A DNA stretch of 64,000 nt from Octopus bimaculoides (taxonomy: Eukaryota), in NCBI RefSeq assembly GCF_001194135.2, contig NC_068990.1:71617289-71681288 (forward strand), read 5' to 3'. A program made the position numbers and the translations under genes. The notes beneath the pieces were generated by a model. It did not search any database. It was not told the origin of the DNA and worked only from the letters and a program-made list of their open reading frames with translations. This document shows, in pieces, positions 63,393 to 64,000 of the stretch (the stretch's first letter is position 1; each line of letters begins with the position of its first letter).

Positions 63393-64000
63393 CTAGATAA
63401 AATGGAAATCACAAAATTACTTAAAGTTCATCAACAATTTGAAAACGTAAAGAAATACAATGATTGTATAAGATATTTTTGAAAGAAAAAAATAAAGAAG
63501 TTTCTCATTCATCAAAGTCAATTTCTATATTGTAATCAAATTTCCCGTAACTTTGACTAGAATATGGTATTATTTTTAGTTGCTTGTGGTTTCTCTAAAC
63601 TCTAAAACTGAAGAGAGGGAAATTTTTATATTTTAACAGATTCAATAAGCACAGGAATGGTAACGTGGCTAAGAGATTTCACTGTTCAACCACATGGTTT
63701 TGGGTTCAGTTCCACTGCAAAGTACTTTGACCAAATATCTTCTGCAGCCCTGCCAACCAATGCTTTATGTGTGCGAATTCAGTAGACAGAAACTGTATTG
63801 AAGCCTATCATGAGTGCTTTTAAAAAAACCCATAGAATAAAAAAAAAAAAACAGGTAAGGGTTGGCAATGGAAAGAGCATCTGGTCATTAAAATCCTGCA
63901 TCAAATAAGTACCTTTTCCAACCTATGCTAGCATGAAAGAACAGACATTAAATGAATAAATGAATGAAATGAAGTAAACTTGATTTGCATAGGTTAAACG

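Overview
Eukaryotic, AT-rich, microsatellite- and retroposon-dense genomic DNA. The repeat families look octopod (inference; no database search was run). There are eight assembly gaps: 8560-9125, 12622-12782, 30239-30350, 39790-39847, 41204-41841, 44655-45612, 49494-50236 and 51695-51891. Two spliced genes could be rebuilt by hand. A complete clathrin light chain gene lies on + (ATG 11931, stop 34223, five core exons). The last eight coding exons of a gamma-syntrophin gene lie on - (63392 to stop 48654), convergent with it. A third, unidentified ORF with a good donor starts 437 bp upstream of the clathrin light chain ATG on the opposite strand. The most interesting signal is in the clathrin light chain gene. 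(i) Two well-supported frame-preserving microexons (39 and 27 nt), plus a weaker 21-nt one, lie in the intron equivalent to the site of the vertebrate neuron-specific inserts. (ii) A diverged tandem duplicate of the exon 1/intron 1 junction could act as a new 51-nt in-frame exon. (iii) A 129-bp near-perfect inverted repeat pair brackets exons 2-3 and could form a long dsRNA. The remainder is decayed RTE-, CRE- and R4-like LINEs, Tc1/mariner remnants, MITEs and tRNA-derived SINEs. No CRISPR array, rRNA or intact tRNA was seen.
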